A model generated the notes under the pieces. It was not told the origin of the DNA. It did not search any database and saw only the letters and a program-made list of their open reading frames with translations. From Clostridia bacterium (GTDB taxonomy: Bacteria > Bacillota > Clostridia > TANB77 > UBA1234): DNA of 64,000 bases. The position numbers and the translations under genes were made by a program. Shown here one piece after another: positions 30,376 to 39,729 of the stretch; the stretch's first letter is position 1, and each line of letters opens with the position of its first letter. The stretch covers positions 5,435 through 69,434 of the forward strand of contig JAFTQC010000049.1 of NCBI GenBank assembly GCA_017462965.1. Reading direction: 5' to 3'.

Positions 30376-30924
30376 ATGGGCAGAATTATTGTCTATACTG
30401 GACCAATGTTTTCAAGAAAAACTGCAATTTTACTTGCAGAATACGAACGTTCGCAGATTGCAGAAAGGGTAACAGCAGCATTTAAGCCAGCGATTGACGG
30501 TCGTTTTGGAAAAGATGTAATCAAAAGTAGAAATGCGGGTAGCATCGAGGCTTTTTGTATTACTGATCTTGAAGAAATTGAAAAGCATGAAGCACAAGAT
30601 TACTTTATCGATGAGTTCCAGTTTTTGAAAGGGGACATACAGGTAATTCAAAGACTGGCAAGCAACGGTAAAAATATCTATGTGTCTGGTCTTGACATGA
30701 CTGCAGAAGGAAAGCCCTTTGCAATTATGCAAGAACTTCTTTGCATTGCAGATGAAGTGGAAAAACGTAAAGCGATTTGCGTTGATTGCAAGAACAATGC
30801 TACACATTCTTTTTTCTTAGGAAAAAAGAACGAAGATGTACTTGTCGGAGACAAAGAATATATTCCACTTTGTAGGGAATGCTGGGCAAAACGAATGAAG
30901 ATGAAAGAAGAGGGAGTTATCTAA
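30376..30924 (+). CDS. tdk: thymidine kinase
   Basis: GPMFSRKT, IDEFQF, GLD, CVDC..CRECW. Confidence 0.93.
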   Translation: MGRIIVYTGPMFSRKTAILLAEYERSQIAERVTAAFKPAIDGRFGKDVIKSRNAGSIEAFCITDLEEIEKHEAQDYFIDEFQFLKGDIQVIQRLASNGKNIYVSGLDMTAEGKPFAIMQELLCIADEVEKRKAICVDCKNNATHSFFLGKKNEDVLVGDKEYIPLCRECWAKRMKMKEEGVI

Positions 30925-30938
30925 AATTAGGAGGGAAA

Positions 30939-31787
30939 ATGGCAAAAGTTGAATTTAATAATTTAAGTGACTTTGAGCTTGCCCACATTTTTGAATGTGG
31001 GCAGTGCTTTAGGTGGCGAAAAATAAATGAAAATAATTACATAGGAACAACTCCATATGGGGTAATTGAAATAGAAAAGAAAAAAGACAACACGATTTGT
31101 ATAGATGGTACTTTTACAGATGATGGAATAAAAGAGTCAATTTGTGAATACTTAGATTTAAATACGGATTATTCAAATATTAAAGCTATAATTTCAAAGG
31201 ATGATATTAATTTGCAGAAAGCTATCCAATATGGTGGAGGTATAAGAATTTTAAATCAAGATCCATGGGAAATGCTTATAAGTTTTATAATATCTGCTGC
31301 AAATAATATTCCTAGAATTTCAAAAACAATAGAAAATATATCGAGGGAGTATGGCAAGGAAATTACATATAAGGGTGAAAAGTATTATTTATTTCCAACT
31401 CCTGAAGAATTGGCAAGAGCTAGTGTTGAGGATTTGAGAAAATTAAATTTGGGATTTAGAGACAAATATGTTTATAATGCAGCTCAAATGATAAATGATA
31501 AAAAAATGAATTTAGAAGAAATTTGCAATATGCCATATAAAGATGCAAAAAAGGAATTAAAAAAATTTGCTGGCGTTGGTGATAAAGTTGCAGACTGTAT
31601 TTTATTGTTTTCAATGAAAAAGAAAGAAGCTTTCCCTGTTGATACTTGGATAAAAAAGGTTATGGCTAATCTATATAATGAATCAAAAGATATAAAGAAA
31701 ATAGCAAGTTTTGCAGAGGATAAATTTGGAGAATATGCGGGAATTGCTCAACAATATTTATTTTACTACATGAGAGAAAACTTTTAG
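30939..31787 (+). CDS. 8-oxoguanine DNA glycosylase (Ogg family)
   Basis: CGQCFRW, QDPWE, SAANNIPRI, GVGDKVADC, FPVDTW. Confidence 0.92.
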   Translation: MAKVEFNNLSDFELAHIFECGQCFRWRKINENNYIGTTPYGVIEIEKKKDNTICIDGTFTDDGIKESICEYLDLNTDYSNIKAIISKDDINLQKAIQYGGGIRILNQDPWEMLISFIISAANNIPRISKTIENISREYGKEITYKGEKYYLFPTPEELARASVEDLRKLNLGFRDKYVYNAAQMINDKKMNLEEICNMPYKDAKKELKKFAGVGDKVADCILLFSMKKKEAFPVDTWIKKVMANLYNESKDIKKIASFAEDKFGEYAGIAQQYLFYYMRENF

Positions 31788-31812
31788 CAAAAAGGGGCGT
31801 CCCTCTTGCTAA
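31784..31812. repeat. REP-like singlet
   Basis: ttagcaaaaaggggcgtccctcttgctaa. Confidence 0.8.
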
Positions 31813-31876
31813 TCAAAAAAACAGATGCCCCAAAATATATATTTAGGACATCTGCTGAAATCTTATTAAATTTTAC

Positions 31877-32152
31877 TTAATCTTCATGGTTACTTATAAC
31901 AGCATTGAAAAAGTCAATGATTAAGCTTCCAACGACGAATTGTGAAAACAGAACAATAGATGAGTATATAAGCGTTGAGCCTAAAGTATGTAAAGAAACC
32001 TTACTAAATTCGGCAAACATATTATATAGTATCACAGCTACACCCGATAAACATAATGCAGATGAGATTATTGATACATAGATAATTATATTTTTCGAAA
32101 ATGTATTGATTGAATTAAGTTTATTTACTATTTTGCTTACCATCTTAATCAT
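31877..32152 (-). CDS. small membrane protein, hypothetical
   Basis: two hydrophobic segments; AAAAGGAG RBS. Confidence 0.65.
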   Translation of the reverse strand: MIKMVSKIVNKLNSINTFSKNIIIYVSIISSALCLSGVAVILYNMFAEFSKVSLHTLGSTLIYSSIVLFSQFVVGSLIIDFFNAVISNHED

Positions 32153-32524
32153 CTCCTTTTTGCTTTACTGTATAACATAATTATAGCACCTAAAAGGCTT
32201 GAAATCAACAAAAAATAGTAAACTAAACCCTTGGGACTCTAGGGTTATAGAGGAAAACTCTAGGGAAATAGTAGGTTTACAAAAAATAATTTTTTGAAAT
32301 TTTTTATTTTTGAGAAAATAGTCAAAAAAGGTGGAAATGCGCAAAGCTTAGGGAAATAATAGATTGAGGGAAAATATGGAAAAATATGTAAAAACAAATT
32401 GCGTATGTAAATTTGTGTAAAAAATGCTTTTTAAACCCAAAAATAGTGCTTGCATTTTGGGGATAACTATGCTAAACTATCGAAAGTAATCTGACTAAGA
32501 GAGCAAAAGGAGGTGCAATTTAAG

Positions 32525-32785
32525 ATGCCTAATATAAAATCAGCAATAAAAAGAGTAAAAACTACAAAAACTAAATCTAGCGAAAACGCTATGGTTAAAA
32601 CTGCATATAAAACAGCTACAAAAAACTTTAAAGCTGCTGTTGAAGAAGGAAATAAAGAAAAAGCAACAGAATTATTCAAGGTAGCTACAAAAGCTGTTGA
32701 GAAAGCTGCTAAGAAGGGTGTTATAAAAGACAATACTGCTTCAAGAAAGAAATCAAGCCTTGCAAGAACTTTAAATACACTTTAG
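32525..32785 (+). CDS. rpsT: 30S ribosomal protein S20
   Basis: MPNIKSAIKR..KGVI..NTASRKKS. Confidence 0.97.
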   Translation: MPNIKSAIKRVKTTKTKSSENAMVKTAYKTATKNFKAAVEEGNKEKATELFKVATKAVEKAAKKGVIKDNTASRKKSSLARTLNTL

Positions 32786-32829
32786 TACTTTAGTGTTATG
32801 TTAAAGCTGCTTTGGAAGGAGGGAAAAGA

Positions 32830-33003
32830 ATGTCAGGAGTTAAAGTTAGAGATAATGAGTCTATTGATAATGCTTTAAAGAGATTTAAAAGAGATTGCGC
32901 TAAGAGTGGAGTTTTACAAGAGGTTAGAAAAAGAGAACACTATGAAAAACCAAGCGTAAAGAGAAAAAAGAAATCAGAAGCTGCGAGAAAAAGAAAGTTT
33001 TAA
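32830..33003 (+). CDS. rpsU: 30S ribosomal protein S21
   Basis: [17 protein letters not shown]. Confidence 0.98.
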   Translation: MSGVKVRDNESIDNALKRFKRDCAKSGVLQEVRKREHYEKPSVKRKKKSEAARKRKF

Positions 33004-33081
33004 TATATAAATAACACGAAATTTATAGGCAGATTTTAAAATCTGCCTTATTTGTTAAAATAGACATTGGAGGTGCTTTGT

Positions 33082-33522
33082 ATGCTAAAAGAACAATTAC
33101 TAGAAGATTTTAAAAATGCAATGAAAGAGAAGAATGAATTAAAGAAAAATACAATTATGATGATTCGTTCTGCTATTTTGCAAGTTGAAAAGGACACACA
33201 AAAGGAAATGTCTGAAAATGAAATAATAGAAATTATTTCAAAAGAATTAAAAAAGAGAAAAGAATCATTGGCTGACTATGAAAAAAGTGGTCGTGAAGAC
33301 TTGATTCAAAATATAAATGATGAAATGGCTGTTATAAAAGCTTACTTACCAGAAGAGCTTTCAAGAGAAGAAATTGAAAAAATCATAGTTGAGACAATCG
33401 CTGAAATTGGTGCGGTTACTATGAAAGATATGGGAAAAGTAATGCAGGCTGTTAAACCTAAAATGGCTGGTAGAGCAGATAATAAATTAGTTAATGAAAT
33501 TGTTAAAGCAAAACTAGGTTAA
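33082..33522 (+). CDS. yqeY: GatB/YqeY domain protein
   Basis: KKRKES..YLP..MKDMGKVM..GRAD. Confidence 0.93.
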   Translation: MLKEQLLEDFKNAMKEKNELKKNTIMMIRSAILQVEKDTQKEMSENEIIEIISKELKKRKESLADYEKSGREDLIQNINDEMAVIKAYLPEELSREEIEKIIVETIAEIGAVTMKDMGKVMQAVKPKMAGRADNKLVNEIVKAKLG

Positions 33523-33548
33523 TATATGTACATATAAAAGTTAATAAA

Positions 33549-33640
33549 TTATCAAGAGTGGACGAGAGAACGGCTTTATGACTCCACAGCAACCTACAAG
33601 TAAAGGTGCTAATACCGACAGTATAAAATACTGAATGATA
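33549..33640 (+). ncRNA. SAM-I (S-box) riboswitch
   Basis: ttatcaagag..gagaga..ggc..atga..cagcaacc..aaggtgctaa..cag..ctg..gata upstream of metK, followed by terminator 33651-33683. Confidence 0.9.
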
Positions 33641-33710
33641 CAAAATACTAGAAACGGTGGGATTTTGTGTCTTGCCGTTTTTTTAGTATAAAAAGAAAGG
33701 GAGTAATGAA

Positions 33711-34838
33711 ATGAAAAAATTATTTACTAGTGAAAGTGTTACAGAGGGGCATCCTGATAAGGTGTGTGATTTAATATCTGATAGTGTTTTAGATGCATTA
33801 CTAGAACAAGATCCGAATTCTAGAGTTGCTTGCGAAACGTGCGCGAATGGGAATTTTGTACTTGTAATGGGAGAAGTTACAACTAATGCAAAGATTGATG
33901 TGGAAAAGATTGTTAGAGACACAGTAAGAGAAATTGGTTATAACAAGGATGAATATGGATTTAATGCTGATACGTGTGAGGTAAAGGTGATGCTTAAGAA
34001 GCAATCATCTGATATTGCGATGGGTGTAGATGCATCTTTAGAACAAAAAAGTGGAGAAGGTATTGGTGAAGGAGCAGGAGATCAAGGTATAATCTTTGGC
34101 TTTGCATGTAATGAGACAGAATCTTATATGCCTGCGCCTATACATTATGCTCATAAATTAGCTGAAAGACTTACTAAAGTTAGAAAAGAGAATGTAATTA
34201 AATATTTAAGACCAGATGGTAAAACTCAAGTTACTGTTGAGTATGAAGATGATAAAGTGAAGAGGATTGATACTATTGTAGTTTCAACTCAACATGATGA
34301 AGATGTAAGTCATGCTCAAATCGAAGGCGATATTATTGAACATGTTATAAAACCAATAATTCCTGAAGAGTTGCTAGATGATAATACAAAATATTATATA
34401 AATCCAACAGGAAGATTTGTAATTGGTGGACCTGAAGGAGATAGTGGATTAACCGGCAGAAAAATTATAGTTGACACTTATGGGGGATATGCACCTCATG
34501 GAGGAGGAGCGTTTTCTGGAAAGGATCCTACTAAAGTGGACAGATCGGCTGCATATATGATGAGAAAAATAGCGAAGGATATTGTAAGACAAGGCTTAGC
34601 TGAAAAATGTCAAATTCAAGTTGCTTATGCTATTGGTGTGGCAAAGCCAGTATCTGTTTGTGTAGAAACATATGGTACTAATAAGGTTTCAAATGAAGAA
34701 ATTTTAGAAAAAATCTTTAAAGAGTATGATATGACTCCAAAAGGAATAATTGAAACATTGAAATTAAGAAGGCCAATATACAAATCAACTACAAATTATG
34801 GCCATTTTGGAAAAGAAAATTTAAGTTGGGAAAAATAA
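33711..34838 (+). CDS. metK: S-adenosylmethionine synthetase
   Basis: [25 protein letters not shown]. Confidence 0.99.
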   Translation: MKKLFTSESVTEGHPDKVCDLISDSVLDALLEQDPNSRVACETCANGNFVLVMGEVTTNAKIDVEKIVRDTVREIGYNKDEYGFNADTCEVKVMLKKQSSDIAMGVDASLEQKSGEGIGEGAGDQGIIFGFACNETESYMPAPIHYAHKLAERLTKVRKENVIKYLRPDGKTQVTVEYEDDKVKRIDTIVVSTQHDEDVSHAQIEGDIIEHVIKPIIPEELLDDNTKYYINPTGRFVIGGPEGDSGLTGRKIIVDTYGGYAPHGGGAFSGKDPTKVDRSAAYMMRKIAKDIVRQGLAEKCQIQVAYAIGVAKPVSVCVETYGTNKVSNEEILEKIFKEYDMTPKGIIETLKLRRPIYKSTTNYGHFGKENLSWEK

Positions 34839-34895
34839 AATTTTTGTTTCCAATCTTCTAGATTATTGTTAGAATAATTTTAGGAGATGATCTTG

Positions 34896-35795
34896 ATGGA
34901 TGTAAATATTGAATTATATAGAACGTTTTATTGGATTGCTAAAGAAAAAAATATAACTAAAACAGCGGAAAAACTGTACATTTCACAGTCTGCAGTGACA
35001 CAAAGTTTAAAAAAATTAGAGGAACAACTTGGTGGAACTTTATTTGTAAGAAATAAAAAAGGTGTTGAACTTACTGAAGCTGGGGAAAAATTGTATAATT
35101 ATATTGAATCTAGTGTCAATATCTTGAATAATGCTGAAAACATGTTTTCACAGTACATGGACAGTGATTCTGGAACTATTCGTGTTTGTGGTGGTTCTGC
35201 TATATGTGGAATTTTCTTTGCGGAACTTGTTCAAAAATTATCTGAAAAATATCCTAATATAAAGCTTACTTTGGCTAATTCTAAGACGAGAGATGGTCAA
35301 AGTCGACTTTTAAAAAATGAAATTGATATGCTTGTAATTGAAGAAATTGGTGATGAGAAAATTGATGGGATTGAAATAATACCAATAATGGATTTTGAAT
35401 TTTGTTTTTTTACTACACCGGAGTATTTAGAAAAAATAGGTGGATTTAAATTGGAAAATGCAAGTGAATATGTGTATGTTACACCGCAAAGTACGTCTAG
35501 AAGAAGGCTGGCATTAGAAAAGAAACTTGAAAAAGCAAATATAAAGATAGATCCTAAGTATGAATTTACAAGTGCAAATCTGGTTGAAACATTAGTTGCA
35601 AGTGGAATAGGCATTGGTTACATAAATGAACTTATGATAAAGGATAAATTGAAAACTGGAGAATATGTTAAGTTGGATTTCGGATTGGAAAGAACGAAAG
35701 ATAGAATAGTTGTAGAGATTAGAGATTCTAAAAAAGCAAGTAATGCGATGCTTAGAATTGTTGAGATAATAAAGGAAACATTTAATGCGGAATAA
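34896..35795 (+). CDS. LysR family transcriptional regulator
   Basis: TAEKLYISQSAVTQSLKKLE..LF.R....LTEAG. Confidence 0.93.
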   Translation: MDVNIELYRTFYWIAKEKNITKTAEKLYISQSAVTQSLKKLEEQLGGTLFVRNKKGVELTEAGEKLYNYIESSVNILNNAENMFSQYMDSDSGTIRVCGGSAICGIFFAELVQKLSEKYPNIKLTLANSKTRDGQSRLLKNEIDMLVIEEIGDEKIDGIEIIPIMDFEFCFFTTPEYLEKIGGFKLENASEYVYVTPQSTSRRRLALEKKLEKANIKIDPKYEFTSANLVETLVASGIGIGYINELMIKDKLKTGEYVKLDFGLERTKDRIVVEIRDSKKASNAMLRIVEIIKETFNAE

Positions 35796-35864
35796 GTAAA
35801 AACCCCCTCTTGATAAGAAGGGGGTTTTATCATCTCCTTTCATTGCATCGAGCATTGGGAATGC

Positions 35865-36251
35865 TTACTCATCCAGATAGTCAATGGGCTGTGAGAGCTC
35901 TTTGATCTGGGTGAGGGCACGGTTGACCTCCTCGGGAGTCAGATACCCAAGCACATCATCGGTGATGGGCGTGGTGTAGCAAACCTCACCAGAGGAGTCA
36001 AGCACGGCGAGCTCCCAAAGACCATTAGCAGCACCATAGCTGCCGCCGAAGCTACTGCCGATGCTGCTACCCGGATACAGCTCCCAACGGATGACGGAGG
36101 CTCCGTAACCGTTCGGGAACTTGTAAAGGAGCTGCCAACCAGGACCGGCAGGGTGAGGCTTGATGTCCGTCAGGTGGTCGAGATGACCAAACTTGACGAT
36201 TTCAAGCATCAGTTCGAGGGAACGGAGAGACTTAAGCATGTTCTCAGTCAT
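35865..36251 (-). CDS. GC-rich orphan, phage-type hypothetical protein
   Basis: F.NGYGASV..SYG...GLWELAVL..TPITDDVLGYLT motif recalled from phage proteins; GAAAGGAAGG RBS; promoter TTTACT-N17-TAACAT at 36435-36407. Confidence 0.7.
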   Translation of the reverse strand: MTENMLKSLRSLELMLEIVKFGHLDHLTDIKPHPAGPGWQLLYKFPNGYGASVIRWELYPGSSIGSSFGGSYGAANGLWELAVLDSSGEVCYTTPITDDVLGYLTPEEVNRALTQIKELSQPIDYLDE

Positions 36252-36476
36252 GCAACCTTCCTTTCTTGCCTTGTAGGCTGTCGATGGTTTAAAGAGTGAT
36301 CTATGTCAAACGGCAATGCCGAATGAACCAGTACCTTAAATCAGTTACAAATTAACTGTATAATGATTAGGTGCTGTCAGGATTGTGTTTTCATCTGACA
36401 ATTTATATGTTAACATATTACGAAAGAGAAGTAAAATTAATAATAATGATTATAAAGATTAGAAAAACTTATTAAA

Positions 36477-36510
36477 TTCATCCGTTTAATGGACGTCTCC
36501 AATGGCTGAA
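36477..36510 (-). repeat. REP-like hairpin, variant of 61185-61218
   Basis: reverse complement matches 61185-61218 at 27/34 positions. Confidence 0.6.
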
Positions 36511-36621
36511 ACGCTATCTGCATAAGTATAAAATGTAACAATAATGTTATTGACTTTGGATGTTATAAATAGTAATCTAATTTATAGGTATAAGTAAAAT
36601 TTCCTGGAAGGAGTAAATAAT

Positions 36622-38289
36622 ATGGGATTTAATTTAGGAGAAGTTTTTAAAAAAGACGAAGAAACACTTGTTATTGATAGAAGGAAACAGGCAATGAAAG
36701 CTATGATAATCTTTACAGTTATAATAGCTATTGCTCTAGTTGCACTTATTGTTTTGAAAAATATAGGTGATGTGGATGAAAATAGAAGAGTTGCTATAAC
36801 AAAGGATATTCAAAATATTCAATTGTACGTAAAAGATAAAGCTACTCAGGCAAGAACAGATCCTAATTTTGTTTATCCTGGACTTGATTTGAATCGTTCA
36901 GGAGATGAATCTGCATATAAATTAAACGTAAATGGATATCAAGAAGAATTTAGATATGGATATTATTATTTAAGTCCTAATGATTATAGTGACATGTCAA
37001 TGGCGCTAAATGTAGAAAATGAGCATTATATTGTAAACTATAATACTGCAGATGTAATAAATGTAACTGGTATAAAATATGGTAGTGGCAGATATCATTC
37101 TGTAGATGATCTTCTTGCAATTGCGTCAATTAAGGCTGGAAACAATGTTCCAATTCCTTCAGCTACAACAATACTATTAAAAACACCTAGTGATATGATG
37201 AAATTACATGAAAATCCAAATGCTAATTTTAAAATGGCTGCTAATATAGATATGGCCTCTTACGAAGCAGGATTAGGCTGGAAGCCTGTTGAAGGTTTTA
37301 CAGGTAATTTTGATGGTAGAGGATATACAATCAGTAATTTAAAAGTAAATAGATCGACTCAAGGATATGTAGGATTATTTGGAAGTGTTGCTGGTGGTAC
37401 TATTTCTAATTTAACTTTATTAAACGTTGATATCGTAGGTGAAAATTATACTGGAGCATTGGCTGGAACAATGGCTGGTCACGTTTCTAACGTAATTGTA
37501 AAAGGTGGAACAGTAGACGGTGAAGATAAAGTTGGTGGACTTGTAGGAGCACATCAAGGTAATATATCTAAATGTATGGTTGACTTAGACTCTGTTTCAG
37601 GAAGAGAAGATGTTGGTGGAGTTGTTGGTGAACTTGATTCAGGAGTGGTTGAGAGAGTTTCTGCAAGAACTATTAATGTAAGTGGACTTTCTGCTGTTGG
37701 TGGTTTTGTTGGTTGTGTTTCTGCTACAAAAGAATCATATTTACAAGAATGTGTAGCTGTTACACAACAAAAACAAAAACAAAACGAAGAAACTTTCAAT
37801 GGTGGAATAACAGGAAATACAGATATTGGTGGTATGATTGGTTTAGTAGAAATTTTAAGTAGAAGTAAATTACATATGAAGAACTGTTATGCTGTTGGAA
37901 ATATAAGTGCTGGAAAAGAAAATAAAGGTGGAATTGTAGGTAGACTTACTGTTAGCAATCAAGCACAAGTGAATATGGATGCAATATATGCCGCTGTTAG
38001 TATTTTAGAAAAAGGTGAAACTTCTGGTGGATGTATCGGTTTGTATAGTTCTTCAACAGGTGGTATAGTATCTCCAAATGATATATTCTGGGAGAAAGAC
38101 TTAGCTCCTGGTGAGGTTTTAGAACATGTAGGAAAATTTGATACAAATGATAGAATAAACTTTACTTCAAAGACACCTAGTGAAATGCAAACTAGAGCGA
38201 CGTATACAAATTGGGATTTTGATGTTTGGGAAATTGCAACTAGATCTCGTCCAACTTTGAAGTTTGAAAAAACGTTTATAGAATATTAA
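36622..38289 (+). CDS. membrane-anchored pilin-like domain fused to GLUG-type beta-helix repeats (putative adhesin)
   Basis: TM helix; YYYL..HYIVNYNT..V; FTGNFDGRGYTISNL..VGLFG; repeated VGGLVG/VGGVVG. Confidence 0.7.
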   Translation: MGFNLGEVFKKDEETLVIDRRKQAMKAMIIFTVIIAIALVALIVLKNIGDVDENRRVAITKDIQNIQLYVKDKATQARTDPNFVYPGLDLNRSGDESAYKLNVNGYQEEFRYGYYYLSPNDYSDMSMALNVENEHYIVNYNTADVINVTGIKYGSGRYHSVDDLLAIASIKAGNNVPIPSATTILLKTPSDMMKLHENPNANFKMAANIDMASYEAGLGWKPVEGFTGNFDGRGYTISNLKVNRSTQGYVGLFGSVAGGTISNLTLLNVDIVGENYTGALAGTMAGHVSNVIVKGGTVDGEDKVGGLVGAHQGNISKCMVDLDSVSGREDVGGVVGELDSGVVERVSARTINVSGLSAVGGFVGCVSATKESYLQECVAVTQQKQKQNEETFNGGITGNTDIGGMIGLVEILSRSKLHMKNCYAVGNISAGKENKGGIVGRLTVSNQAQVNMDAIYAAVSILEKGETSGGCIGLYSSSTGGIVSPNDIFWEKDLAPGEVLEHVGKFDTNDRINFTSKTPSEMQTRATYTNWDFDVWEIATRSRPTLKFEKTFIEY

Positions 38290-38305
38290 TAAGGAGAATT
38301 AAAAC

Positions 38306-38773
38306 ATGAAAAATTCCGGAGTTTCAATGATAACACTGGTTGTAATGATTGTAATTATGATAATATTAGCAAGCATTGCGGTTACTAGTGGTATAGATAG
38401 TGTAAATGAGGCAAATAAAACTAAATTAGAGGTTGAGATTACAGAATTAAAAAAAGCAGTTTCTTCAAGAATGGTTGAAATTGAAAGAGATTCAACAGTT
38501 GCAATGCCAGGACAAAAGACGGAGGACATTGTTGAATATATATATTATGTAGAAGATTTGTCGAATGAAGACTTGGAAGACTTTATTAGAGGTGTTAATG
38601 CAGAAACTATAGATTATTACAGAATTGTTGATTCGGTGTCAGCAGCAGCTTTAGGGGTGTCATCTGTAAATACAGAACATTATTTTATAGTTGATTATTA
38701 CACAGGCAAAGTATATGGTAATCTTAACATGGCTGCATACAAAGCTGATAAAAACGGAGTTATGCCAGAATAA
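38306..38773 (+). CDS. type IV pilin-like protein (no Glu5)
   Basis: MKNSG|VSMITLVVMIVIMIILASI. Confidence 0.75.
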   Translation: MKNSGVSMITLVVMIVIMIILASIAVTSGIDSVNEANKTKLEVEITELKKAVSSRMVEIERDSTVAMPGQKTEDIVEYIYYVEDLSNEDLEDFIRGVNAETIDYYRIVDSVSAAALGVSSVNTEHYFIVDYYTGKVYGNLNMAAYKADKNGVMPE

Positions 38774-38799
38774 TAACTTGAAAATATGAGGTGAAAAAT

Positions 38800-39321
38800 A
38801 TGAACAATCAAAAAGGTATAAGTCTTATTACCTTAGTAGTTACTATGATTGTAATGATTATACTTATAGGTGTTGTTGGAAGTTATTCGCTAGAAAATAT
38901 TAAGAAGAGTGGAGATGCTGTTTCTGCTGCAGAATTTGCTAGCGTAAGAGATTTTACATTAAAGATGCAAACAAAAATACTTGCTGAGGATCATAAAATA
39001 GATACAAGTAAAATTGGTTTATCAAATGATTTATTATATTTACTAGTAGGAGAAAGTTTATCAAATACTGATTTAAATAATATAGTTGATGTAAATTCAT
39101 CGGATGTTCCTGCTGAATGTAAATATTATTATATCCCTGCTGATGAAAAATTATTTGAAGATAAGGACTTTACAAAAGGTAACATTACTGTACAAGACGT
39201 AAAGAATGACTATATAATCAACTTTTATACAGCTACAGTAATATGTATACAAAATGATTCATGTAAAGTAGATGGTCTTATAAAAGGATTAAGCGAAATT
39301 GTTTTATTAATAGGTGAATAA
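38800..39321 (+). CDS. type IV pilin-like protein (no Glu5)
   Basis: MNNQKG|ISLITLVVTMIVMIILIGV. Confidence 0.75.
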   Translation: MNNQKGISLITLVVTMIVMIILIGVVGSYSLENIKKSGDAVSAAEFASVRDFTLKMQTKILAEDHKIDTSKIGLSNDLLYLLVGESLSNTDLNNIVDVNSSDVPAECKYYYIPADEKLFEDKDFTKGNITVQDVKNDYIINFYTATVICIQNDSCKVDGLIKGLSEIVLLIGE

Positions 39322-39435
39322 GAAAAAAATGGACAAAGGGACGGTTCTTTTGTCCTTTTTTTATTGTAAAAAACAACTAGTACATACAGAGTAATAAAAA
39401 AGGACAAAAGAACCGTCCCTTTGTCCATTTTTTTC
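39322..39435. repeat. REPIN-like inverted doublet
   Basis: ggacaaagggacggttcttttgtcc ... ggacaaaagaaccgtccctttgtcc; each arm is itself a hairpin. Confidence 0.85.
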
Positions 39436-39481
39436 ACTTAATAAACGCTAAAACATAAAATATACTAAGGAGTTGAAACTT

Positions 39482-39643
39482 ATGTATGGTTATATTTTAG
39501 ATGTGTTTATATGGAGTTTTTCAATATATGGTATAGTTTGTTTTATGAACGAATATTTGTTAGAAACAGTTTGCTATTTGATAACAAAATGTGGAAATGC
39601 AATCAAATTATATAGAAAACACGTTGCGAAAATTTTTAGATGA
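39482..39643 (+). CDS. 53-aa small hydrophobic protein (not in ORF track)
   Basis: AAGGAG RBS; MYGYILDVFIWSFSIYGIVCF...; sigK-like AC-N16-CATAnnnTA at 39436-39462. Confidence 0.55.
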   Translation: MYGYILDVFIWSFSIYGIVCFMNEYLLETVCYLITKCGNAIKLYRKHVAKIFR

Positions 39644-39729
39644 TTATATAATGTATTTTGCAAATGTGTACTTATGTACGCGTTTTTAAAATAAATTATA
39701 CATTAAAGATGAAAGTGAGAATTTAAAAT

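Noticed and set aside
32190-32375. Repeated (c)taggg(aaa) motifs and an aacccttgg..ctagggtt hairpin upstream of rpsT
   Set aside because: Short and degenerate; cannot be told apart from chance or an unidentified binding site.
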